Source: Alphaproteobacteria bacterium
GTDB taxonomy: Bacteria; Pseudomonadota; Alphaproteobacteria; MPNO01; UBA830
Length of the DNA stretch: 64,000 bases
Reading direction: 5' to 3'
Assembly (NCBI GenBank): GCA_964291215.2
Contig: OZ219791.1
Span: 1,728,001 to 1,792,000, forward strand
Translations under genes and position numbers: made by a program
Notes under the pieces: generated by a model
The model's input: only the letters and a program-made list of their open reading frames with translations
Told to the model about the DNA's origin: nothing
Databases searched by the model: none
Shown here: piece after piece, positions 53,222-64,000 of the stretch
How positions within the stretch are numbered: position 1 is the stretch's first letter
How the letters are laid out: every line of letters starts with the position of its first letter

Positions 53222-56200
53222 GTGACGCCGCCGCAAGACCGCCCGGCCATGCCTGCCCCCCGACGCCCCACTGTCGGCTTCGGCCCGAGCAAGATGCACA
53301 GCAAGCGCGATTCGATCGGCCTGTTCGCGCGTCACCGAACGGCGGCGAACCTGCTCATGGTGCTCATGCTCGTCGCCGGGGCATTCGGCCTGAACCGGAT
53401 GACCACCCAGTTCTTTCCCGATTTCGGTATCGATATGGTACTGGTGACCGTTGTCTGGCCCGGTGCCAGCGCTGGCGATGTCGACGGCAGCATCGTCCAG
53501 GCCGTCGAGCGGGAAGTCCGCTTCATCGACAGTGTGAAGGCGGTGAAATCCTCGGCGTTCGAAGGGCGGGCGCTGATTACGGTGGAGTTCGAGGCGGGTT
53601 CGGACATGCAGAGCGCGCTCGCGAATGTCGAAACCGCCGTTGGCCAGGTGACCACCCTCCCGCAGGATGCCGAGACCCCGACGGTTCGGCGGATCGTCCG
53701 ATACGATACGTTGTCGCGTATCCTAGTGTCCGGGCCGTATTCGGAATCGGCCCTCAAGGTATACGCCAAGCAGATTCGCGACGGTCTGCTCCGGCGGGGA
53801 ATCGACAAAATCGACCTCGGCGGAGGGCGCGACGAGGAGATTCTGGTTGAAATCAAGCCGGAAACACTGCGCCGCATGAACCTGACTCTGAATGAAGTTG
53901 CGCAGAAAATCCACCAGGTCACGCAGGACGTTCCGTCCGGCGATGTCGCGGGCCGGGCGGAACGCCAACTGCGCAGCGTCGGTGACGTCAAATCGGCTCG
54001 GGAACTCGGCAGGATCGAGATCAAGTCGTTTGCCAGCGGCGAGAAAATCTGGCTGCGCGATATTGCGACAGTGCGCGAGACCTTCGACAGAAACGGAAAA
54101 ACCTACTGGCGGGGCGGCAACCGCGCAATCGAACTGCATGCCAAACGCGCGCCTGCCGACGATGCCCTGATCCTGGCGGACGAGGTCGACAAGTATCTTG
54201 CAGAAGTTGGTCCGACCTTGCCGCAGAATCTGAAACTGGAGCAGTTCGACGTTCAGGCGGACCTGGTGCGCAGCCGCATCAACCTGCTGCTCGAGAACGG
54301 TGCGACCGGACTGCTCATTGTCCTGGTCGTGCTGTTCCTGTTCCTGAACGGCTGGGTGGCGTTCTGGGTGGCCGCCGGCATCCCGATCTCGCTGGCCGCG
54401 ACGATGCTGGTGATGTGGGTGTCCGGCCAGTCCGTGAACATGGTCAGCCTGTTCAGCATTATCATGGCGATCGGCATTATCGTCGACGACGCCATTGTCG
54501 TCGGCGAGCATTCCGAAGCGCTGCACCGGCAGGGCTACGATAATGCGTTGGCGGCCGAAGTCGGCGCCCGGCGCATGGCGATGCCGGTATTCTGTGCGGC
54601 GCTGACAACGATCGCGGCATTTCTGCCGCTGCTGCTGATAACCGATGTCATCGGCTCGATCATCCGGACCATTCCGCTTGTGGTGATCGCCGTGATCGTC
54701 GCCAGCTTGATCGAGTGCTTCCTAGTACTGCCTGGCCATATGCGCCATGCGCTGGCGATCACAGAACGCCGTCGCGGCCGCCTGAGGCGCTGGTTCGCGC
54801 CGCTGTTCGGCATTCCTCTCGTCTGGCTCTGGCCCGTGATCCCCCCGGTTCTCGCTCTCCGCCTGCTCATCCGAATCCTGATGGTGTTCAAGCGCGGGTT
54901 CGGTCGCGCGTTCGATTTTTTCCGCGACCGGATTTTCTTCCCGCTCGTTCGCCTCACGATACGCTGGCGCTATACGACTGTCGCACTTGCGCTTGCCGCC
55001 TTGATCGGTGCGGCATCTATCGTCGCAGGCGGGCGCGTAAGCTTCGTTTTCTTCGCCAATCCGGAGCTGGACAATATTTTCGCCACCGCAGAGTTTTCCG
55101 CCGGGACGCCGCGGGAGCGCACCCGTGCCATGGTCGAAGAGATGGAACAGGCCATGCGTGCCACGGAACAGGATCTGACCGGCGACAAGAACGGCCTGGT
55201 CCGCTTTAGCCACCGCGTGATCGGCTTTCCCATCGGTACCCGGTCGGCCGCCGAATCGCCGATCCAGGGCGGCCATGTCGGCAGCTTGTTCGTGCAGCTC
55301 GTTCCAGCCGACCAGCGTACGATCCAGGCGGACCGGTTCATTGCGGCTTGGAAACAACGGATCCGCAACATGCCCGGTCTGCGACAGCTGAATATCGAGT
55401 CGGCGACCGGCGGGCCGCCGGGCCGGGATGTCGATGTCCGCCTGACCGGCGCGTCGACCATCGAGTTGAAGAAGGCGGCTGAGGAACTGAAGCTCGTTCT
55501 CAAGACGATCCCGGGCGTCCTGACGATGGAAGACAATCTGCCCTACGGCAAGATCGAAACGATCCTTGAGCTGACCCCGCGCGGCCGGGCGCTCGGCTTC
55601 ACGACGGAAAACGTCGGCCGCCAAGTCCGCAACACCTTCGAAGGCGCAATCGCCAAACGGTTTGCGCGCGGCGACGAGGAGGTCGTCGTCCGGGTGCGCT
55701 TCCCAAAAGACCGGCTGACCTCCGAAGCGCTGCACAACCTGCATCTTCGCGCACCCAATGGCAGTTTCGTGCCGCTGGGCGCGGTCGTCAGCATTCGGGA
55801 GAAACAGGGCTTCGCCCGGATCAAGAGCGAGGACGGGCTGCGTGAGGTCGCGGTGACGGCGGATCTGAATACCCGCGTGATGACGACCCAGCAGGCAGTC
55901 GCCGAAATGAGAAAGTCCGGACTGGACGACATCGCCCGGAAGTACGGCGTCGACTACCGCTTTGAAGGGCGCGACAAGGAACAGAGGCGCATCTTCAAGG
56001 ACGCACAGATCGGCGCCGGCATCGGCCTCGCCCTGGTCTTCATCATCCTCTCCTGGGTGTTTGCCGGCTATCTGCGGCCGCTTGTCGTCATGTCGGTCAT
56101 CCCGATGGGTTTCATCGGCGCGGTGCTGGGCCATTACCTGATGGGCTTCGACTTGAGCAGCCTCAGCATCATCGGGCTGATCGGCCTGTCGGGCATCGTG

Positions 56201-56539
56201 GTCAACAATTCGATCATCCTGGTCATGGTGGTAAAGGAGCGGATGGAGGCTGGCGAACCGGCCTACGAGGCTATCGCCAACGGTTCGCGCGACAGGCTGC
56301 GCGCCATCATCCTGACCACGGCGACGACCGTCGGCGGTCTGACCCCCCTCCTGTTCGAGACCGACCTCCAGGCGCAGTTCCTGATCCCGATGGCGATTAC
56401 CCTAGTCTTCGGTCTTATGGTCGCGACCTTTCTGGTCCTGTTCGTCGTGCCGTCTCTGATCGCCATCCAGGTCGATTTCGAGCGCCTTTTCCTGGGCCGC
56501 GACGCGCCCGTCGCCGACGTGCCGACACCCGCCGAATGA
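53222..56539 (+). CDS. RND efflux transporter permease (AcrB/AcrD/AcrF family)
   Basis: AANLLM, GIIVDDAIVVGE, GIVVNNSIIL, RLRAIILTTATT; start uncertain. Confidence 0.93.
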   Translation: MTPPQDRPAMPAPRRPTVGFGPSKMHSKRDSIGLFARHRTAANLLMVLMLVAGAFGLNRMTTQFFPDFGIDMVLVTVVWPGASAGDVDGSIVQAVEREVRFIDSVKAVKSSAFEGRALITVEFEAGSDMQSALANVETAVGQVTTLPQDAETPTVRRIVRYDTLSRILVSGPYSESALKVYAKQIRDGLLRRGIDKIDLGGGRDEEILVEIKPETLRRMNLTLNEVAQKIHQVTQDVPSGDVAGRAERQLRSVGDVKSARELGRIEIKSFASGEKIWLRDIATVRETFDRNGKTYWRGGNRAIELHAKRAPADDALILADEVDKYLAEVGPTLPQNLKLEQFDVQADLVRSRINLLLENGATGLLIVLVVLFLFLNGWVAFWVAAGIPISLAATMLVMWVSGQSVNMVSLFSIIMAIGIIVDDAIVVGEHSEALHRQGYDNALAAEVGARRMAMPVFCAALTTIAAFLPLLLITDVIGSIIRTIPLVVIAVIVASLIECFLVLPGHMRHALAITERRRGRLRRWFAPLFGIPLVWLWPVIPPVLALRLLIRILMVFKRGFGRAFDFFRDRIFFPLVRLTIRWRYTTVALALAALIGAASIVAGGRVSFVFFANPELDNIFATAEFSAGTPRERTRAMVEEMEQAMRATEQDLTGDKNGLVRFSHRVIGFPIGTRSAAESPIQGGHVGSLFVQLVPADQRTIQADRFIAAWKQRIRNMPGLRQLNIESATGGPPGRDVDVRLTGASTIELKKAAEELKLVLKTIPGVLTMEDNLPYGKIETILELTPRGRALGFTTENVGRQVRNTFEGAIAKRFARGDEEVVVRVRFPKDRLTSEALHNLHLRAPNGSFVPLGAVVSIREKQGFARIKSEDGLREVAVTADLNTRVMTTQQAVAEMRKSGLDDIARKYGVDYRFEGRDKEQRRIFKDAQIGAGIGLALVFIILSWVFAGYLRPLVVMSVIPMGFIGAVLGHYLMGFDLSSLSIIGLIGLSGIVVNNSIILVMVVKERMEAGEPAYEAIANGSRDRLRAIILTTATTVGGLTPLLFETDLQAQFLIPMAITLVFGLMVATFLVLFVVPSLIAIQVDFERLFLGRDAPVADVPTPAE

Positions 56540-56716
56540 AGGCCTTCGAGGCCATCCTCTCCGACCTATCAATCTAGCGAGGCTTCGTCTCGGACCGACG
56601 AGAGGTCTGCGGACTCCGTTCGCTGTTCTGCTCTGGGCAGTGATTCGCCTGATTGTTGTCGTTGGGCGTTGGTAGCAATGTACCATGTGGGGAACTGACC
56701 GAACGAGATCTTGACG

Positions 56717-57691
56717 ATGACTATAAGGCGGAGCGCCGGTGAGGTTGTTTGCGAGCACGTCACGCTGGAGCTTGAATGTCTCGACAGGCTGTTTCTCAAC
56801 GGCTACGTGCCGATGCTTCAGACGCCGGGTGGCGTGGCCCACTTGTCGGAATGTTCGCGGCATGCCGGTTGCCGTCTTCGGCTCTGATGGCGTCGATGAC
56901 GCGGGCCTTTGTCGCGGTGCTCGAGCGGTTTGTGAGGGGCGGAGGGGGTCGATCTGATCACGTTCGGGCGAGGCTGGCACAAGGACGACCGGATGTTGAA
57001 GCACCTTCGGGACTGGTACGGCAGGGAAGGCGTTTTCTATATCGGTAAGGCTCGGGAGGGCACCCGGGTGCTGCGCACCGAGCGTTGCACCGATCCGCAG
57101 ACGGGCCGCTCGGAGCGGTCACAGGGCTCGGGCACGGCGATGGTGAACCTACTATCTTTACGCCATCGACGATGAGTTCGGCCCTTTCTTCATCAAGTTC
57201 TGTTTCTGTTTCCTCTACAACGCCAAGCTGTGCCTGAACGGCGACGAATAGGTGAAGCGGCAGTTGGCGAAGCGAGGCATCCCGTTCGAGTCTCTAGACA
57301 ACGGCATCCTGAGCTGAGCCCGGCCCGAGCTGACGCAGGAGATTGCTGGCGAGATGACGGCCGAACGCATCGGCGCCTTGTTTCGCAAGCGGCTGGCGCG
57401 CCTGCGGCACACGTTCACGCTCAAGGCATCCATTATGAGCTGTCGATCCTGCAGGTCGAGTGCGCGCTGACCCAAGTCTTCGACCGCCCGCTTCACGGCC
57501 GCCTGTTCTTCGAGAAGGTGATGCGCGACAATCTCGATCTTGGCCGTTTTGACAACGTGCAGTTGATTTTTTGAGTGTTTCGTCTCCAAACGCATGCTAA
57601 CGCGGTACCGCACCCGCGTCATTGCCGACGGCGTTACGTCGTCGCTGCACATCGGTTATAAGCGTTCGCGCATCAAGCAGTACCATAAGGG
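56717..57691 (+). pseudogene. Unclassified (ISNCY-like) transposase remnant, resumes briefly at 63497-63525
   Basis: HVTLELECLDRLFLNGYVPMLQTPGG, FGPFFIKFC..FLYNAKLCLNG, QVECALTQVFDRP, KQYHK|..ALRTE split by ISAs1 copy B. Confidence 0.6.
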
Positions 57692-60162
57692 CCACGGTGA
57701 TCCCACGCCAGGTTTGTTGGAAGGGTCGGTTTCGCTTGTTCAGGATGATTCGCATTTTCGCCGATTTTTTGTGAAGCGGCGTAGTATCCGTTGTCGTGGA
57801 GGCAGCGGATTTTTTGAGACGACTCTGGAGGGTTTTGCGCTCCGGGATGTGGTTGTGCGCCTTGCGCGGCCTGATGTCGCTGGAATCGTGCGGTTGACGG
57901 TATCCTGGTTTCAAGCAGTTTGCCGGTCGAGGTCTGCGTGTTCACCTGGCGCGGGCGGTGGATTGGCGCTGCGGGCTGGCAGACGGGCGCCCTCGGCTGC
58001 GGGACCGTTGGATTGGCTGGCGCCGCGAGGAACAGTTCAGGCGACCACCAGGAACAACACGAGGTTTGTTGTTCCTGGTGGTCGCCGAGTGTTTCCGGGC
58101 CTCGTTTGCGTTGTCGCGGATGGTGCGGCGGCGGCCGGGAGGCTGGCGTTGCTTGTTGCGGAGTCGTTTGTCTCGCCGACGAAGTTCAGCAGCACCATGT
58201 ACAAGGCGGCGAACCGGGAGTGTGTTGGCAGGAGCCATGCGCGCGCCAGCGGGCGCCATAGCGACCGGCACGGGGAGGCGAAGGATCCTTACGTGTTTCC
58301 GCTGCGTCGTGACGCGGGATCGTTCGCCGCTTCCTGCGGCGTGGGAGTTGCGGGCGCCGCTGGTCGGCGCAGGAGTTGCGCTCGATTTATCAGCGGCGCT
58401 TTCCGGCGCGGGGCACCGCATCGCCTCGGTGCTGTGCGTGATTTTGCTGGCGTGGCTTGCGAACCGGCGTGGTTGCGGCGGCGCACTACGCGATGACGCA
58501 GAAGGAGCTGGAGCAGCGTGGAAGAACAGGGACAAGCCGGTCTCCACCGTGCACCGGGTGCTGCAGAACACCGACCCGGGATGGATCGAGGATGCGGCGC
58601 GCAGCCGCAGGTCGGCAACGCGGTCGACGGCAAGCGCGGCCGCACCGGCGAGGATCATTACGAGACAGTCTCGCTGGCACGGGACCGGTATGCCGGTTTC
58701 GATCCTCAACTATCACGACGGGGAGATCGCTGCCGTCCACGCCGCGACGGCACCGGTTGCTGGCCGTCTGCTCACCCTCGACGCGCTCCACACCACCCGC
58801 GCAGCTGATCGTCGAGACCCATCGCGCGGACTGATGGTCAAGGACAACGCATCTTCGAGAGCATCAACTGGAAGACCGCGAGCACGGGACGCTACAGCGA
58901 AAAGCCCGCGCATGGCCGCCAGCGCACCATCGAGGTCTTCACCCCGCTGGCGAAGATGATCAACTAGTCAAGCAGATCTTCCGCGTCACCCGGCGCGTCG
59001 AATTCAGGAAATCCGGAAAACCGAACACGCCATGACCTTATATGACTAGTGTTATGTCAGCAATGATATGTCGTACATTTGGTGCTAGACTGTCCGTCCA
59101 TTCGGGATGGAGGTCGGAGTATGAAACGCTACGTGGTGACCCTGGACGAACGGGCAGAACTTTCGGAGATCACGACCAAGGGCTCGCATCTGTCGCAAAA
59201 GGTAATCAACGCCCTGCTCAACTGCGACGAGGGCGCGTTCAATGAATGCCAGATGACCGGGAAGGTCATTGCCGAGATTCTGCGCATCAGCATGCGCAAA
59301 GTAGATCGGGTGAAAAAGCGTTTCGTTGAAGAGGGGCTGGAGGCGGCATTGGGTGGCCGGCAAGGACGCCGTCCTACCTACATGCGAAAAGCCGACGGCG
59401 CCTTCGAGGCGCGTGGCCCTGAGTTGTGGTGAACCGCCTGAGGGTTACGCGCAATGGTCGTTGCGGCTGCTGGCCGACCGCGTTGTTGAGCTTGGTTACG
59501 CCGTGTCACACGAGACGGTGCGGCGTGTGCTAAAAAAACTGCCTCAAGCCATGGCAGCGGGTGGGTGATTCCTCCTCAAGGGAACGCCGACTTCGCCGCA
59601 GCGAAGGTGCTCGATGTCTATCGCCGCCCCGCCGCTTTCCCCGTGGTCTGCATGGACGAAACGCCCCGACCGGCGAGACACGGCAACCGATCGCCATGGC
59701 GCCGGGACGGGCGTAACGACTACGAGTATCGACGTTGCGGTACCTGCAACGTCTTCACGGAACCCCTGGCCGGCAAGCGCATGACCAAGGTAACCGAGCG
59801 CAAGATCGACTGGGCGCAGTTCCTGGCCGACATCGCCGGGCGCTACCAAGATGCCATCACCATCACCCTGGTGATGGACAATCTCAACACTCCCCGGCGC
59901 CCTCTACGAGGCCTACCCGCCGGACGAGGCCAAGGCCCTGTGGGACCGCTTCGAGTTCGTCTACACCCCCAAGCATGGCAGTTGGCTGAACGTGGTGGAA
60001 CTCAACGTCATGATCCGCCTGAACCGCCGCATCGACTGCATCGAGGTGCTACGCCGGGAAGTTGCCGCTTGGCAGGCGACCGCATCCAGGCCAAGGTGGA
60101 TTGGCAGTTCACCACCGACGATGCCCGCGTGAAACTCAAACGCCTTTATTCGATATTTTACG

Positions 60163-61695
60163 GTAACTGCTCACCCCCTGGTTCCGGCTTGATGTCGGGG
60201 TAGAGTAACGAACGGGTTTTCGTGGAGATTTGACACTGCATGCCGATTCGCTTAGTGGTGGTCATCGAGAACGACGGGGACCGCCAGTGGGCTACTTTGG
60301 ATCGAAGGCGACGAGCGGGCTGTGCCAGCTGCTTCCGGGGCTCCAGCCCCCGCATGATCTGTATGTGGAAACGCATCTCGGAGGCGGCGCGCTGATGAAG
60401 CGCAAGGCCGGGTGATGGCGACGGTCAACGCAGCGTCGCTGCGCGAGGAGTTCGAAGCGGCCAAGACCGCGGCGCTGCCGGCAAGGTGGCGGAAGAGGCC
60501 GTGATCCGCGTCTTCGTCATCCTGCTCGACATCCTCATCGTCGTCCTTCTGGAGAAGACCACGCACGAGCCGGAACTCCGGTCTGCCGCCGTCACAGACG
60601 GACAAGAGCGTGCCGGGAGCAACGGCCCGAAGCCGAACCGGCAGATGGGCGACAACCTGCGCAAGACCATCGTCGAGGAGACGGTCGCGGCCTGCGACGC
60701 CTGCGGCGCCGACGGCCCCGTCGATCGGGAGCGCCGCACGACATCGTGTTCGAGGTCGTCGAGCGCCGCGCCGAGATCAAGGAATGCCCGAAGTGCAAGG
60801 CCCGGGGCCGGTTCCCCGACAACATCCCGTGCAGTACGGCATCGGCATCCAAGCCCTCGTCATCAACCTGCTGGTCGCCCAAATGCTGTCCCTGCGCCGT
60901 GCCGTTGCGTTCGTGCAGGCGATCTCCGGCATCAAGCTCTCCGAGGCCTCGGCTATGCTTTCACGATGCGTCATGGGAGGAGGCCGCCGTGGCGCACCTC
61001 CTGCAACGCCCGGCCCTGCATGTCGATGAGACCGGCTTTCGGATCAACAGTAAGTGGCTTCATGTCGTGGGACCCTGACGTGCAAGTTCCCGCACCGCAA
61101 GCGCGGCCGGGAGGCAAGAGATCGGCCCGTGTTACAAGGGCGTCCTGGGCCTCGTACATGGGCCAGTGTAGCCACCAGCTGTGCGGCAGCCACCTGCTGC
61201 GCGAACTGACCTTTGTCGTCGAGGCTACCGCGCGACTGATGAAGAGCCTGCTCCGCGAGGTCTGCCACAAGGTCAACAAGAGCGCATCCAAAACCCTGAA
61301 CGACGCCGGGCGCAAGCGCTACCGCACCATCCTCACGCAGGGCGCCAGGGAACTGCCCGACATCCCGCCGCCGCCGAAAGGAAAACGCATAGCAAACGCG
61401 CACAACCTGCACGAACGTCTCGTGAAACACGAAAACCTGCGCTTCACAGACGACCCCAACGTCAGCTTCACCAACAATGCCGGAGAACAGAAGATCAGGA
61501 TGGCAAAGGTCAAGGTGTCCGGATGCTTCCGCTCCACGCAAAAGCATGGTGCCGGAGCTCAAGCTACCTCACCTCCATGGCGGCACTCGGCTACAACCCA
61601 CTCGTCGCCACCCAGATCGCCCTCGACGGAAAAGCCGCAGACATCATCAACGAGCACTATGGCCAATCAGAACCCAACAAGGGGTGAGTAGATAC
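60163..61695 (+). mobile_element. IS66-family element, degenerate, with DNA methyltransferase fragment
   Basis: Ends GTAACTGCTCACC / GGTGAGTAGATAC; exact 8-bp TSD ATTTTACG; LHVDETG, QLCGSHLLREL, FTNNAGEQKIRM. Confidence 0.9.
60287..60415 (+). pseudogene. Dam/D12-class N6-adenine methyltransferase N-terminal fragment
   Basis: GYFGSK...PPHDLYVETHLGGGA resembles motifs X and I. Confidence 0.6.
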
Positions 61696-63555
61696 ATTTT
61701 ACGAATGACAAGACACTAGGTTTTGTCCCCTTGATGATGAAATCATCCACAGCAGTTGGGGGCGGGAAAATGTGGGTAACCCCGACTGTGGGAGAGCATC
61801 CGGTTTATGGTTGCAGAGAGATTTCGCTCCCCTGAGCGAACACGCACAGGGGATCAAACGATCTCCGCGGAGGTTGCCGTTTCGACCTTGACAGAGCCGC
61901 GTCCGAGTTTGGCAACCTCCCTTGACGTCCCTCGCTGGATGCCTGGGTTTGAACCCATCGTAAGGCGAGGAGCAAGGGACGATGGTCAAGGTAGTAGCAG
62001 GGGTCAGCCAGTCTGGACATCTGGCGCATTGTTTTGCGAACGACGCCACGAGCTGGCGGGCAGGCGGCCTCGGGGTGAGCCGGGTGGTGGGCGACAGGCC
62101 GCTATCACCGCAAGGTTCACCAGTGTCTTCATGACCGGGGCTTCGAGGTTATTCTCGTCAACCCGTTGCGGGCGCTTCGCCGAGGCGATGGGCCAACCGC
62201 GTCGACGCCAAGATCGGCTGGGCGATCTTGAGCCTGTGGCTCCGCCTTCCTCAAGAGCCTGGAGGATCTCTTGGTGCCGCGCTTGTCGACGCCAAGCAGG
62301 TGGCAGATGAGGTGGATGGCGAGACCGTCACAAGGGCCTCGGCGGCCGATCTCGATGATTGCATTGCCGGCGCGGCGATCAAAGCGGTGATCACCGGTGA
62401 TCCCGAGCAGAGGTACGCCATCCTGACCTCGATCCGGTGACCGCCGCGGCCCTTCTTTGCTGGATGCCCGAACTCGGCAGCGTCGGCAGCCTTGATCGGG
62501 GTGGCGCCAACGACTACGGTGCTCGGCACATCCGTGGCGGGCGCCGAAGGCCACGCGATCTCCTGGCCGCAACCGGCACGCTTCAACGCGGACCTGGTGT
62601 GCCTCAAGACTGCCGGCAAGCAAGGTCGCGATTGTCGCCGTGATGCGCAAGCTCTGGCGAACACCTTGCTGCGACAGCAGCGTTGCCTGAAGCACCGGTG
62701 AGTGAGCGAAGGAGAGACGGCCCTCACCCCTGCCGAGAGCGCGACCGGGACTGTCTCGACAGTCTCCCTCTACGACACGACTTGGGGAGAATGTCTGCAG
62801 ATCATCGTCGAGGCCGACATCGAGGAGATCGAACCGCCTTGGGACACCTGGAACCCGGACGGTCACGTTACCATGCCCGGGGACGGCAAGGTAGCCGCGT
62901 TCACGTGACCAATGGACGGCAACCCGCCGCCGGGACCACAAGCTTCATGTCGCCTCGCTCGCAGAGCAAACCCCACACCGCTTGTGGACAACCACAGAAA
63001 ACATCACCACAGACACCCGCAAAAAACCTTGCCAAGAAACATGGATGCTCGGTCGAACACGCCTCGCCGCAACAGTTGCTCGCATGGGATCGCGGACACC
63101 GGGTGGTCGAGAGCCATCACCACATATCCACCTTCCGCGAAGACGACCCCATGCTCCGAACGCGCCCGCAAACAACGCGATCACCCTCGCAATCATCATC
63201 CACAACAAGCGCAAGCTGCGCAAACCCTTCAACAGCTTCCCACCATGCCGACAAGCGCAAGCAGGTCCTGCACGCAATCACAAGACCAGGCTGACCGCGC
63301 CTCTCTCCCCGGCAGAAACCGCAAGCTTTCGAGCCCGGCAACCAAGGCCTCTCGCTCGCCCCGGATACGCCGACCAATCGCGCCCCGCGCCGCAACAGCG
63401 CGTCAGCAAATCTCAAAATCGCAGCCTCGAACGCGTCGACCCGCGCCGCGATCAGGACTCCGATCACATCACATCAACAAGCATGGGATCACCTTGCCAT
63501 AAGGGGGGCGCTCTGCGCACCGAGTAGTCGGCGGCGACTTAAAACGCCGCCGACA

Positions 63556-63940
63556 GCCGTGGCCGCTCCTGCTGGGTTACTGACCCCGCTTATTCCTCGT
63601 GCTTTCCTTCTTCTGCTTCTCGCTCTTCGACCCGAAGCGTGCCTTTGCATATTTGGCACGGATCCCGCGCAGCTTCGCTGCCTCGGCCTCCAGTTCAGCG
63701 TTCCTGCTCTTCAGGGAGGCCACCTCCTATTCCAGCGCCTCCGCCCCGGCCTTGTTTTTTTACCCCGGGCCTCCTTCAGTTCTTGCTTCAGCTGCTTCGC
63801 CGTCACCTCCGCACGGGCTGCCTCGAGATAGTGCTCCAGCGCCTTCGCCCGGATCCGCTCGGCCTCATCGAGCGCACATCAGCGGCGCCGCTACTCCCAC
63901 CTCGACACGTGTCATCGCTGGAAAGGGGGGCTGGCAGGCA
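63556..63940 (-). pseudogene. IS66-like transposase N-terminal fragment
   Basis: Coiled-coil ELEAEAAKLR followed by FGSKSEKQ. Confidence 0.45.
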
Positions 63941-64000
63941 CTAGTAGTCCACCGGCATTGTATTGATGGTTTTTGGTGGGTAGTATTCCTGTGTCGGCAT

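Larger units (their letters stand above)
59047..61718 (+). mobile_element. IS630-family element, copy B, with IS66 in its right end
   Basis: Near-identical to reverse complement of 22681-23801; TA duplication in CTAG. Confidence 0.9.
57693..63496 (+). mobile_element. ISAs1::IS110 composite, copy B, additionally carrying IS630::IS66
   Basis: Colinear with 48215-51313; TSD CCATAAGGG at 57683-57691 and 63497-63505. Confidence 0.88.

Noticed and set aside
63527-63554. Hairpin GTCGGCGGCG-N8-CGCCGCCGAC as a terminator
   Set aside because: No U-tract and it lies between IS fragments; function not assignable
1-64000. CRISPR arrays, tRNA or rRNA genes
   Set aside because: No regularly spaced direct repeats or RNA-gene signatures were seen; the repeats found are IS or MITE copies

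Overview
High-GC alphaproteobacterial-type DNA (Rhodospirillales-like by protein character; a marine or host-associated symbiont is an inference only). Bases 1-17 kb hold intact genes: the 3' end of gltB, then an aromatic/heteroaromatic catabolic cluster (gentisate 1,2-dioxygenase, LLM monooxygenase, MarR, GST, SsuA/THI5-like binding protein, EamA, UbiD, TauD, two FAH hydrolases, YciI, LigA/LigB-type dioxygenase, MetE-like enzyme, a degenerate ALDH, thioesterase). Bases 17-64 kb are an accessory region where intact genes sit between deeply nested insertion-sequence remnants. The intact genes are two paralogous sulfotransferases, an AlkB-type di-iron hydroxylase fused to a degenerate GlnE adenylyltransferase domain, a DUF2971-like protein, a MATE exporter, an Ntn acylase and two RND pairs. 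The remnants are IS3, IS30, IS630, integrase+IS91-like, IS256, ISKra4-like, IS66, IS4, ISAs1, IS110, an unclassified IS, a group II intron fragment and an ISAs1-type MITE. Three signals stand out: (1) the sulfotransferase plus AlkB-GlnE fusion, candidate core of a hydroxylation/sulfation/export system; (2) transposon interiors riddled with short microhomology-flanked deletions while ends, TSDs and host genes stay intact, with broken copies apparently still moving; (3) a DUF4338 (DruA/Mom-like) domain carried by three unrelated IS families. Family calls come from motif recognition, not database searches.
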